From Promethearchaeota archaeon (GTDB lineage: Archaea; Asgardarchaeota; Hermodarchaeia; Hermodarchaeales; Hermodarchaeaceae), in contig JBHLMI010000010.1 of NCBI GenBank assembly GCA_048938295.1, forward strand, positions 1-32,000: a stretch of DNA of 32,000 bases. The letters are read 5' to 3'. Below are positions 1 to 8,354 of the stretch, piece by piece; the stretch's first letter is position 1, and each line of letters starts with the position of its first letter. Made by a program: the position numbers and the translations under genes. The notes under the pieces were generated by a model, which was given only the letters and a program-made list of their open reading frames with translations, was not told the DNA's origin and did not search any database.

Positions 1-2
1 AA

Positions 3-2726
3 CGTCTTCTCGAACAGAAAATTAACACAAAACAACTTAGCACAATTATCAAAGAAGTCGAAGCTGCATACGACAACGCCCTCGTTCAACCTGGCGAAGC
101 AGTTGGTGCCGTGGCCGCCCAATCCATTGGAGAACCCGGCACCCAGATGAGTATTTCAGGGTCTGAAAAAGTACTCATTCGTCAAGGAAGTATGACTAGT
201 ATAGTTTCTATTGGCGCTTTTGTTGATGAACTAATTGCCAGAATACAAACCTCCAGCGAATTATCCGAACCAGATACATCTGAAGTTTGTGATATTCCTA
301 GTGAATTAGAGATTTATGTTCCTTCACTTGGAAATGATGAACGAGTTCATTGGAAACGATTAGTGCAGGTTAGTCGTCATTTACCGAATGGTGAACTCCT
401 TCGAATTTCAACCAGAAGTGGAAGATCAATTACAGCCACTTTGTCTCATTCATTTGTTATTCGAAAAAATAATACAATCCTCCCATTTGAGGGGAAGGAT
501 TTGAAAATTGGAGATAGAATTCCAGTTGTAAGGACACTTCCTTCTGAAACACCATTGAAGGAGTTACCAATTGAAATCTATCTTCCACGAAATGAAATCT
601 GGTATGGTTCCGAATTAGAAAAAGCTGCAATGATTCGGGAAGAAACAGGGAGAGATTGGTTACAGCATCTGGATACAGTTTCTATACCAGTTGGAGCCGA
701 TGGCCTTAGGGTAGCTTTGGATACAGACAAAACTCAAACAATGGTCTCCGGTCTTGTATATCCCAAAGCTCATCATAGCGCACACACCAAAATCCCTGAA
801 GTTTTGGAGCTGGATTCCTTAACAGGTTGGTTTATCGGAGCATATTTGGCAGAAGGCTCAAACTCGGGAACCTTTCTTTCAATTACAAATTCTGATGAAA
901 ATTACAGAAAACGGGCAATTGAATTTGCTGAACGACTTGGTCTACATTACAAAGAAAAACCAACAGAAGGTGTCTATGGTCCTAGCACTTCGATTGTGAT
1001 TTATTCTACGCTTCTTGCTAGGCTTTTTGAGAAGATGTGTGGAAAGGGGGCCCACGGAAAACACGTCCCTCAATGGGCACTTAATTGCACCGATAATTTC
1101 ATTGGTGCCCTTCTCAAGGCATATTTTGACGGAGATGGAAACGTAAATCTTGAAAGATCATGCATTAGAACCAGTTCTAGCTCAAAGGAATTACGCGATG
1201 GAATTTGTCTACTTCTTTCACGGCTTGGAATCCAAACTTCAAAATACTCGTCAGAAAATCATGATGGTCACTTTCAATATTGGCTAAGAATACCCGGAAA
1301 ACTTGCACCCCAATTTCGTGATCGGATTAATTTCGACATTGCGCATAAACGCGAACTATTAGAACAACTAGCCAATTGTGAAGAGGAAAAAATTCAACAA
1401 AAAAGCGTAACCTATGACCAAGTCGATATGGTTCCGAATTTTGGCACAATATTAAACGAAATTGCCCGAAGATTGCGAATCCCAAGTCAATCTTCTTTGG
1501 CTGCAAGTATTAGGAAGTATTCAAGAACACAATTAATTGGGCGTCAAACTTTAGGTAGATACATAACCATATTTTCTGAGATTGCGTCGAAAAAGAACAT
1601 CAATATCGATAACCAATTACAGCTCCTACACCGCGCTTACCACAGTGGAGTGTTTTGGGACGAAATTATTCGATTAGAATTAATTCCATCTCCAACAGAG
1701 TGGGTTTATGATTTTTCTGTCGACGGTCTTGAGACATTTGTAACCAGTGAAGGCATTATAACGCATAACACGCTCAAAACATTTCACTTTGCAGGCGTAG
1801 CTGAATTCAATGTTACTCTTGGCCTTCCTCGTCTTATCGAAATTGTTGATGCCCGTCGAAATCCATCAACACCAACCATGAATGTGTACCTAGATGAAGG
1901 GCACCGCGAAAACGAAAAACTTGCCCGAAATGTTGCACAAAGCATTGAACAAACTCGCGTAGAACGTGTTGCAGAAACCGTCGAAATTGATCTTGCCGAG
2001 GGTGGCATCGTGGTTATCCTTGACCCAAAGCTCCTTGAGGACAAAGCCACGACCTCAAAAGAAATCGCTGAACGACTCGAAGCCATTCGACCCAACCTCG
2101 GTGAAGTCACCCAAGATGGAAACCGAATCATAGTTGCTCCTGAACTTCGTGAAGGCGAAGAAGCCATGCACATGGCAAAGCTTCAGAAAACTTTTGACAA
2201 AGTCCGTAACGGGCTCATCAAGGGACAAGATGGCATCAAACGGGTTCTCATCAAGAAAGAGGGCACTGAATGGGTTCTCTATACTGAAGGTACGAACCTC
2301 AAAGGGGTTCTTCGGACTAAAGGTGTCGATACCACTCGTACCGTATCCAATCATATCCATGAAATCGCAGAAACCTTGGGCATCGAATCCGCCCGTCAGG
2401 TGATCATCAATGAAGCCAAAGACGTACTTGACGAACAAGGCCTTGACGTCGATATCCGCCATATCATGCTCGTGGCAGACCTAATGACCGCGACTGGTGA
2501 AATCCGCCAAATAGGACGTCACGGTGTTAGCGGTGAACAATCCAGCGTTCTGGCTCGCGCTGCATTCGAAGTTACCGTCCGCCACCTCATCCAAGCTAGT
2601 ATTCTTGGCGAAGAAGATAATCTCTTGGGCATTACTGAAAACGTAATAATTGGCCAATCAATTCCATTAGGTACAGGATCCATTGACTTATTCATGAATC
2701 CACCACGAACCGCCAAAAAGAAGTAG
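3..2726 (+). CDS. rpo1C: DNA-directed RNA polymerase subunit Rpo1C (RpoA''), 5'-truncated by the window edge, intein-containing
   Basis: Frame is open from base 3 (RLLEQKIN...PGEAVGAVAAQSIGEPGTQM). After the intein it resumes TLKTFHFAGVAEFNVTLGLPRLIEIVDAR...DIRHIMLVADLMT...GRHGVSG...LARAAFE...GITENVIIGQ. It lies upstream of rpl30e-nusA. Confidence 0.97.
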   Translation, partial: RLLEQKINTKQLSTIIKEVEAAYDNALVQPGEAVGAVAAQSIGEPGTQMSISGSEKVLIRQGSMTSIVSIGAFVDELIARIQTSSELSEPDTSEVCDIPSELEIYVPSLGNDERVHWKRLVQVSRHLPNGELLRISTRSGRSITATLSHSFVIRKNNTILPFEGKDLKIGDRIPVVRTLPSETPLKELPIEIYLPRNEIWYGSELEKAAMIREETGRDWLQHLDTVSIPVGADGLRVALDTDKTQTMVSGLVYPKAHHSAHTKIPEVLELDSLTGWFIGAYLAEGSNSGTFLSITNSDENYRKRAIEFAERLGLHYKEKPTEGVYGPSTSIVIYSTLLARLFEKMCGKGAHGKHVPQWALNCTDNFIGALLKAYFDGDGNVNLERSCIRTSSSSKELRDGICLLLSRLGIQTSKYSSENHDGHFQYWLRIPGKLAPQFRDRINFDIAHKRELLEQLANCEEEKIQQKSVTYDQVDMVPNFGTILNEIARRLRIPSQSSLAASIRKYSRTQLIGRQTLGRYITIFSEIASKKNINIDNQLQLLHRAYHSGVFWDEIIRLELIPSPTEWVYDFSVDGLETFVTSEGIITHNTLKTFHFAGVAEFNVTLGLPRLIEIVDARRNPSTPTMNVYLDEGHRENEKLARNVAQSIEQTRVERVAETVEIDLAEGGIVVILDPKLLEDKATTSKEIAERLEAIRPNLGEVTQDGNRIIVAPELREGEEAMHMAKLQKTFDKVRNGLIKGQDGIKRVLIKKEGTEWVLYTEGTNLKGVLRTKGVDTTRTVSNHIHEIAETLGIESARQVIINEAKDVLDEQGLDVDIRHIMLVADLMTATGEIRQIGRHGVSGEQSSVLARAAFEVTVRHLIQASILGEEDNLLGITENVIIGQSIPLGTGSIDLFMNPPRTAKKK
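150..1769 (+). mobile_element. Intein with LAGLIDADG homing endonuclease (540 aa) in Rpo1C
   Basis: Interrupts the conserved GEPGTQM|TLKTFHFAG. Starts with Ser (SISGSEKV), has block B (ITATLSHSF), LAGLIDADG blocks (WFIGAYLAEGS; LLKAYFDGDGNV), block H (SSSKELRDGICLLLSRLGI), block F (VYDFSV) and ends IITHN before Thr+1. Confidence 0.96.
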
Positions 2727-2857
2727 ACCCAAGGCTGTGGATGAAAAGCTCCAGTGATGTCATCTTATGCTTGTGGCTAGAAGTATAGCGGGGTGTGCAC
2801 AGAACTTAAAAGGGAGCGTAGAAATTCTGCAAGACGCGCAATTTGCTTCCGTAGCTC

Positions 2858-2863
2858 TTATAT
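2858..2863 (+). promoter_or_regulatory. Candidate TATA box for rpl30e-nusA
   Basis: TTATAT in a ~200-nt intergenic gap, ~70 nt upstream of the rpl30e ATG. Confidence 0.4.
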
Positions 2864-2933
2864 GCGACGGTGTGCTGCAACCTTCATTACAGGACGTAAT
2901 GCGAAGAATAAGAAAACTAAAGAGTGATTCTTG

Positions 2934-3242
2934 ATGGATGCTGAAACTGCAATAAGATTAGCTGTGAAGTCTGGAAAAACGGTGTTCGGAGCTAATCGCA
3001 CAATTCATTTACTCCGAACTGGCTCTCCTCGTGTAGTCATCTTAGCGGCAAATGCGCCGAATGAAGTGGTTACCGAGGTTGATATGCTAGCAAGAGCAAA
3101 CAAAGTGCCAATTCATGAATTTCAAAGTAACAGTTGGGATTTAGGGCAGATATGTGGGCGTCCACATATGGTGGCTGCAATGGCGGTATTAGAACCAGGT
3201 GATGCAGACATTACTGCTCTAACTGGGGCGAGTAAGAAGTGA
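2934..3242 (+). CDS. rpl30e: 50S ribosomal protein L30e
   Basis: MDAETAIRLAVKSGKTVFGANRT...VILAANAP...DLGQICGRPHMVAAMAVLEPGDADI; canonical position between rpo1C and nusA. ATG at 2934 preferred over TTG at 2931. Confidence 0.96.
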   Translation: MDAETAIRLAVKSGKTVFGANRTIHLLRTGSPRVVILAANAPNEVVTEVDMLARANKVPIHEFQSNSWDLGQICGRPHMVAAMAVLEPGDADITALTGASKK

Positions 3243-3700
3243 CGACCTCTGACATAAAATTGAACATTGAGGAAATCAAACTGATGGCTCTCTTTAGTGA
3301 CATCACAGGCGCTGAGGTTAAAGACTGTGTTGTCGATCAAGATGGAGAACGCATCATATTCGTAGTAAGTCCAGGGCACCTTGGATTAGCTATCGGTCGC
3401 CGGGGCATGACCATAAAACGAGCGAGAACCATGCTTAAACGCGATATTGATGTTGTAGAAGATGCTGACACACCCGAGTCATTCGTACGCAATGCACTAG
3501 CACCTGCAAAAGTTACTACCGTCAACGTCCAAGAACAATCTAAAGGACGTCGTGTTGCTGTTGTCACTGTTAACAGTGAGAACCGGGGGCGCGTGATTGG
3601 TAGAAATGGTCGTAACATAGAACGAGCTCGGTTGCTGGCAAAGCGCCATCATGGTATTGACGCGATTATTATTACTGAACCAACCCCTGAAACCTCTTGA
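3239..3700 (+). CDS. nusA: Archaeal NusA-like transcription elongation factor (KH domains)
   Basis: IKLNIEEIKLMALF...DCVVD...GLAIGRRG...RGRVIGRNGRNIERARLLAKRHHGI; GTGA overlap with the rpl30e stop. Confidence 0.95.
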   Translation: MTTSDIKLNIEEIKLMALFSDITGAEVKDCVVDQDGERIIFVVSPGHLGLAIGRRGMTIKRARTMLKRDIDVVEDADTPESFVRNALAPAKVTTVNVQEQSKGRRVAVVTVNSENRGRVIGRNGRNIERARLLAKRHHGIDAIIITEPTPETS

Positions 3701-3726
3701 TAACTCTCGCATCAACCGATAGATGA

Positions 3727-3740
3727 CAAAAGTTTTAAGC
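3727..3740 (+). promoter_or_regulatory. Candidate BRE/TATA promoter for rps12-rps7
   Basis: CAAAAG-TTTTAA-GC, ~50 nt upstream of the rps12 start; GAGGT SD at 3775-3779. Confidence 0.5.
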
Positions 3741-3788
3741 TCCTTCACGGAATCGCAGCACCCTACATAATCATGAGGTAAAGTGACA

Positions 3789-4232
3789 TTGCCTGGATCA
3801 AAATCACCATCAGGAGAATTTGCTGGCCACACCCTGAAGCAAAAGCGTAAGAAGTTCCGCTGGAAAGACCGATATTATAAACGGCGGATGTTACGCCTTG
3901 ATGTCAAGGCCGACCCACTAGAAGGAAGTCCACAAGCACGTGCAATCGTTTTAGAAAAGGTGGGCATTGAATCAAAGCAGCCAAACTCCGCAATCCGGAA
4001 GTGTGTTCGCGTACAATTAATTCGCAATGGTAGGCAAATCACAGCCTTTCTCCCTGGTGATGGTGCACTCTCTTATGTTGATGAACACGACGAAGTCATC
4101 GTCGAAGGAATCGGAGGCGCTCGCGGAAGATCATTTGGAGACCTTCCCGGTGTTCGGTGGAAAGTTGTCAAGTGTAATGGTGCATCTCTTGACGCCATGA
4201 TTATTGGTAAAGTCGAAAAACCACAACGTTAG
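3789..4232 (+). CDS. rps12: 30S ribosomal protein S12 (uS12)
   Basis: [13 protein letters not shown]...KRKKFRW...[15 protein letters not shown]...[15 protein letters not shown] start at 3789 chosen from SD spacing and the typical archaeal MPG N-terminus. Confidence 0.97.
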   Translation: MPGSKSPSGEFAGHTLKQKRKKFRWKDRYYKRRMLRLDVKADPLEGSPQARAIVLEKVGIESKQPNSAIRKCVRVQLIRNGRQITAFLPGDGALSYVDEHDEVIVEGIGGARGRSFGDLPGVRWKVVKCNGASLDAMIIGKVEKPQR

Positions 4233-4251
4233 CCTAAGGTGTAAATCAAAG

Positions 4252-4890
4252 ATGACTGCTGAAACTCCCGATCAAACTACAACGTTTCCTGAAATCAAAG
4301 TGCTTGGTCGCTGGAGTACAAAAGACATCCAAATCCGTGATCAGGGCCTGGCAAAATACATTAGCCTTAGCCCAGTAATTGTCCCCCATACCTTTGGGCG
4401 TCACGAACATCGCCGGTTTGGAAAACGCCAAGTTCCTATCGTCGAACGCTTCATCAACCGCATCATGACACCTGGCTGGGCCAGTCGACGAAGCCAAAGC
4501 GCACGACAAGCCGGACTCATCACCGGGAAAAAATCCACCGTCATCCGAATAGTCCGTTCTGCCTTCGAAGTGATACATCTACGAACTAATCAAAACCCAC
4601 TCCAAATTCTAATCGAAGCAATCGAAAACACTGCTCCCCGCGAAGAAACTACGCGGATATCATACGGTGGGATAAGCTACCACACTGCGTGCGATGTCGC
4701 TCCGCTTCGTCGCATCGATTTGGCACTCCGCTTCATCTCTGAAAGTATCTGGCGTCGAAGCTTCAGTACCATTGAAGCCATCGAGGAGATTGTCGCTGAT
4801 GAACTCATCGCCGCCGCAAGTGGCGACTCTCGAAGCAGCGCCATACGACGACGAGAAGAAAAAGAACGCATGGCACTCTCAGCACGTTAA
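4252..4890 (+). CDS. rps7: 30S ribosomal protein S7 (uS7)
   Basis: PIVERFINRIM...NPLQILIEAIENTAPREETTRISYGGISYHTACDVAPLRRIDLALR...ERMALSAR; ATG at 4252 follows the rps12 stop. Confidence 0.96.
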   Translation: MTAETPDQTTTFPEIKVLGRWSTKDIQIRDQGLAKYISLSPVIVPHTFGRHEHRRFGKRQVPIVERFINRIMTPGWASRRSQSARQAGLITGKKSTVIRIVRSAFEVIHLRTNQNPLQILIEAIENTAPREETTRISYGGISYHTACDVAPLRRIDLALRFISESIWRRSFSTIEAIEEIVADELIAAASGDSRSSAIRRREEKERMALSAR

Positions 4891-4965
4891 GAACACCCTT
4901 TCCCTCATCGACAATCTCACAAGGTATCTAACAGGTTTTCGAACCCCTCTGGGAACCCATAACGC

Positions 4966-4980
4966 CAAAAGAGTTTTATA
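4966..4980 (+). promoter_or_regulatory. Candidate BRE/TATA promoter for tuf
   Basis: CAAAAGAG-TTTTATA in the rps7-tuf gap, ~70 nt before the ATG. Confidence 0.5.
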
Positions 4981-5052
4981 CGCCCCACTTGATGTGCCAT
5001 AACCTGCATATTTTATGCCAGCTTAAGTTAGCAAAAACGAGTTGAACAAACA

Positions 5053-6354
5053 ATGTCAGAAAAGAAACCACACATCAACCTAATCATCATCGGTCATGTA
5101 GACCATGGTAAATCAACGTTGATGGGTCACATGCTCTACAAGACTGGAGCACTATCGAAACAAGAGATGGCAAAGCTCGAGAAGCTGGCCGATGAGATGG
5201 ATCGAGGATCCTTCAAGTTCGCTTACGTGATGGACCGTCTCAAAGAAGAACGTGAACGTGGGCTGACCATTGACCTTGCGTTCCGCCGATTTGAGACTCA
5301 GAAGCACTATTTCACTATTATTGACGCTCCGGGTCACGCAGACTTCATCAAGAACATGATTACCGGAGCCAGTCAAGCTGATGCTGCAATTCTAGTGGTT
5401 TCAGCGCGTAAGGGTGAGTTTGAAGCTGGCGTGGGTGCTGGTGGTCAGACGCGCGAGCACGCTTTCCTCGCACGAACTCTGGGCATCGAGCAGCTTGTCG
5501 TTGCCATCAATAAAATGGATGACTCAACACCCGCCTGGTCGAAAGATCGGTACGAAGAGATCAAGTCTGAAGTCTCTGAACTGTTGAAAGGTGCACAGTT
5601 TGACCCAAGCAAGATCAACTTTGTTCCGGTATCAGCATGGACAGGTGATCTGTTGACTGAAGCCAGCTCCAACATGGACTGGTATAAGGGACCATCGTTG
5701 CTCGAAGCAATAGATGAATTTGTCCTTCCACCTAAACCCGTTGACCAACCTCTTCGGGTTCCTGTTCAGGATGTGTACACCATCACAGGTGTTGGCACAG
5801 TGCCTGTGGGACGTATTGAAACTGGAAAAATGAAAGTCGGTGACAAAGTTATCTTCATGCCACCTGCTAAACAAGGTGAAATTAAGACCATTGAAATGCA
5901 CCACGAACGCATGGACAGCGCTGAACCCGGTGACAATATCGGGTTCAATGTCCGAGGCCTTGGGAAAGGCGAGGTTCGCCGTGGCGATGTGATGGGGCAT
6001 CTCGATAAGCCACCACGCGTTGTGGCCGAGTTCGAGGGGCAAATCATCGTTATTTTCCACCCACGTGCTATTGCTGCAGGATATACTCCTGTTTTACACG
6101 CACACACCGCTCAGGTTGCAGCCACGTTCACGGAAATCATCGCTAAGATTGATCCACGAACCGGAGAAACGGTCCAAGAGAAACCCGACTTTATTAAGCA
6201 GGGCGAATCTGCATTAGTAAAGCTTCGACCTGTTACTCCCATCTGTCTGGAGACCTATGCGGATATGAAACAGTTAGGCCGCTTTGCAATCCGGGACAGC
6301 GGACGAACAGTTGCGGTAGGCGTTGTTCGAAAAATCACCGAGGAGAAGAAGTAG
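5053..6354 (+). CDS. tuf: Translation elongation factor EF-1alpha
   Basis: GHVDHGKST, ERERGLTID, DAPGH, NKMD, PLRVPVQDVYTITGVGTVPVGRIETG, LGRFAIRDSGRTVAVG. Confidence 0.99.
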   Translation: MSEKKPHINLIIIGHVDHGKSTLMGHMLYKTGALSKQEMAKLEKLADEMDRGSFKFAYVMDRLKEERERGLTIDLAFRRFETQKHYFTIIDAPGHADFIKNMITGASQADAAILVVSARKGEFEAGVGAGGQTREHAFLARTLGIEQLVVAINKMDDSTPAWSKDRYEEIKSEVSELLKGAQFDPSKINFVPVSAWTGDLLTEASSNMDWYKGPSLLEAIDEFVLPPKPVDQPLRVPVQDVYTITGVGTVPVGRIETGKMKVGDKVIFMPPAKQGEIKTIEMHHERMDSAEPGDNIGFNVRGLGKGEVRRGDVMGHLDKPPRVVAEFEGQIIVIFHPRAIAAGYTPVLHAHTAQVAATFTEIIAKIDPRTGETVQEKPDFIKQGESALVKLRPVTPICLETYADMKQLGRFAIRDSGRTVAVGVVRKITEEKK

Positions 6355-6355
6355 C

Positions 6356-6401
6356 GATAGCTCCACTATCACAGTTCTTCTTCCCTTTCTTTTTTATTCT
6401 T
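6356..6401 (+). terminator. Putative terminator after tuf
   Basis: GATAG-CTCCA-CTATC hairpin followed by the pyrimidine/T tract TTCTTCTTCCCTTTCTTTTTTATTCTT. Confidence 0.6.
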
Positions 6402-6497
6402 CACGCTACATCGCGTGGATGCGCTATCGGTATGCAAAAAAAGTTAAAAGGAAGCAAACATTCGGGTTGAATCCCAAGTCAATTTGGTGTAATTATT

Positions 6498-6806
6498 ATG
6501 GCGCAAAAAGCACGGATTCGGCTGTCCAGTACAGACATCCCTAAGTTAAACGAAGTCTGCAGCCAAGTCCAATCCATAGTATCTAGAACAGGCGTTAACA
6601 TGTCAGGTCCTATTCCTTTACCTACAAAGACTTTGAAGGTTCACACACGAAAATCACCTTGTGGAGAAGGAACACCCACGTGGGATCATTGGCAAATGCG
6701 TATCCACAAACGGCTCATTGATTTAGAAGCTGATGAAAGAACTATGCGCCAAATCATGCGTATCCGGGTCCCCGATGAAGTCTTTATTGAAATAACCCTA
6801 AAGTAA
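6498..6806 (+). CDS. rps10: 30S ribosomal protein S10 (uS10)
   Basis: KARIRLSS...SGPIPLPTK...[27 protein letters not shown]. Confidence 0.98.
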   Translation: MAQKARIRLSSTDIPKLNEVCSQVQSIVSRTGVNMSGPIPLPTKTLKVHTRKSPCGEGTPTWDHWQMRIHKRLIDLEADERTMRQIMRIRVPDEVFIEITLK

Positions 6807-6913
6807 GACTTTCGTTTTCAACGCAGTAAAGCAAAATCGTTAGACTTCAAATTAATAGAATATTCGTCCTTAATCGAAATGCTATTTAGCACCAATTTAT
6901 CAACTCTTTAACT

Positions 6914-7447
6914 GTGACAGACAGTAATCCTCGTTCAACTCTGAGCATCGTGCTTTGTGGGAGTCTTATAATCTATGGAGCCGTAGCAATCTTGTTGCTT
7001 CCCTTAATCGCACCCACAATAATAGTGCGTGACGACCTCGTCATAGCGATTCTACAAGGTGCGCTCGTCTATCTCGTGTTATTTCTACTCTTTTTGCTTC
7101 CTGCAAGCTACGTATACTGGAGTCATCGAATTGATGTTAAGGTTTTAGGTCCAGAACTCGGAGTTGCAGAACCAGGTGAAGAACTCAAGCTAACAGTTGT
7201 CGTGGGCTTTCCAAAGAACGAACCTCCAAAGAATGCTGTTCTTGAAGCATTCCTTGGAGCTCTCAACATCGCCACTCAGAAGCTAGAATCCAGTCCCACC
7301 GAGTTACATCTCCGAATTCCCGATGTCTCTTCAGGATACCACAACATTACAATCCAGGTTACACGAGATGGGTACTTCAAGGGTATAGGATCCTATGAGC
7401 TTCTCATCGCTGCCAGCGATCAAATAGAATACCAGGAAGAAGCATAG
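6914..7447 (+). CDS. Hypothetical membrane protein (two N-terminal TM helices, beta-rich C-terminal domain)
   Basis: 177-aa ORF fills the gap between rps10 and the SPOUT gene. Two hydrophobic stretches are followed by alternating beta-type segments (LKLTVVV, LHLRIP, HNITIQV). GTG start uncertain. Confidence 0.75.
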   Translation: MTDSNPRSTLSIVLCGSLIIYGAVAILLLPLIAPTIIVRDDLVIAILQGALVYLVLFLLFLLPASYVYWSHRIDVKVLGPELGVAEPGEELKLTVVVGFPKNEPPKNAVLEAFLGALNIATQKLESSPTELHLRIPDVSSGYHNITIQVTRDGYFKGIGSYELLIAASDQIEYQEEA

Positions 7448-7451
7448 ACTG

Positions 7452-8339
7452 CTAATTCTTTAGTTGTTCAAGCAATCTGAAAGTGGAGAGTCCAATAAAT
7501 ACCGCCTCATCAGTTCGAATGGTTGCTGTGCCCTGTTTGAAAACAAGATTGATTATATGATCCGAAACTGAGGTTACATCAATTTGGTCACGCCGAAGAA
7601 TCTCTTCAATCCCCTCTTTGTGGCTCCCAAAAAGCAACAGAAGTCGATGGAATTTCTCCCACTGCCTTCTTATTTTACCAGCTTCATCCGCAATTGGTCT
7701 TCCTTTCCGACTCATAGTAATAACGAACTGATAATCATCTTTGTTCACCAAGAAGTCACCCAAAGATGATTCCACACTACTGACAGAGTACCCCCAGTAT
7801 TGTTTGAATCGAGTCGGAGAACTCGGACGCGCGGTTAACTTCCCGGATTTATCCCTCAGAATTAGTACTGTGATTCGTTGTAGCGGGTGAGTGGATTTGA
7901 ATTGCAAGAGTGGCAAAGGGGATTCAACACCGACATCTACAACATCCTTTCCTTTGTCTGTAAGCACCACCCCTTCTCGAAATTCGCCATTCCGAAGCTT
8001 CGATGATTCTTTCACAATAGGATGATGTGGAGTTCGAAGCGGAGGGAGGTTCCCCACGTATCGCAAATCGGGCATCTTTCCAAAGAGGTGTTTTCGCAGA
8101 TATTGTGGGGTTTCCATGTACTCAAGAACCCGGCTGATGAACTGTAGATTCTTCATTTGTTTCGAATTCAGCCTATCCTGATAGATGATAATTTCATCGA
8201 CTTGGAAGATTGCGGCAGCACGAGCAATTCGTCCGATATGTTGGGTTTGCTGATCTCGATTTTGGTCAACGTCAATGAAGGAGGTTGGTATGGCGATGGA
8301 TATCGCAAATGGAATCTGATTTGCTTCTTTTGATGGCAT
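7452..8339 (-). CDS. SPOUT-class putative RNA methyltransferase (DUF171/COG2106, MTH1/C9orf114-like)
   Basis: ISIAIPTS...IGRIARAAAIFQVDEIIIY...YMETPQYLRK...GNLPPLRTPHH...FREGV...YWGYSV...LLLLFGS...TATIRTDEAV. Confidence 0.9.
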   Translation of the reverse strand: MPSKEANQIPFAISIAIPTSFIDVDQNRDQQTQHIGRIARAAAIFQVDEIIIYQDRLNSKQMKNLQFISRVLEYMETPQYLRKHLFGKMPDLRYVGNLPPLRTPHHPIVKESSKLRNGEFREGVVLTDKGKDVVDVGVESPLPLLQFKSTHPLQRITVLILRDKSGKLTARPSSPTRFKQYWGYSVSSVESSLGDFLVNKDDYQFVITMSRKGRPIADEAGKIRRQWEKFHRLLLLFGSHKEGIEEILRRDQIDVTSVSDHIINLVFKQGTATIRTDEAVFIGLSTFRLLEQLKN

Positions 8340-8354
8340 TCTTGAATACCAAAC

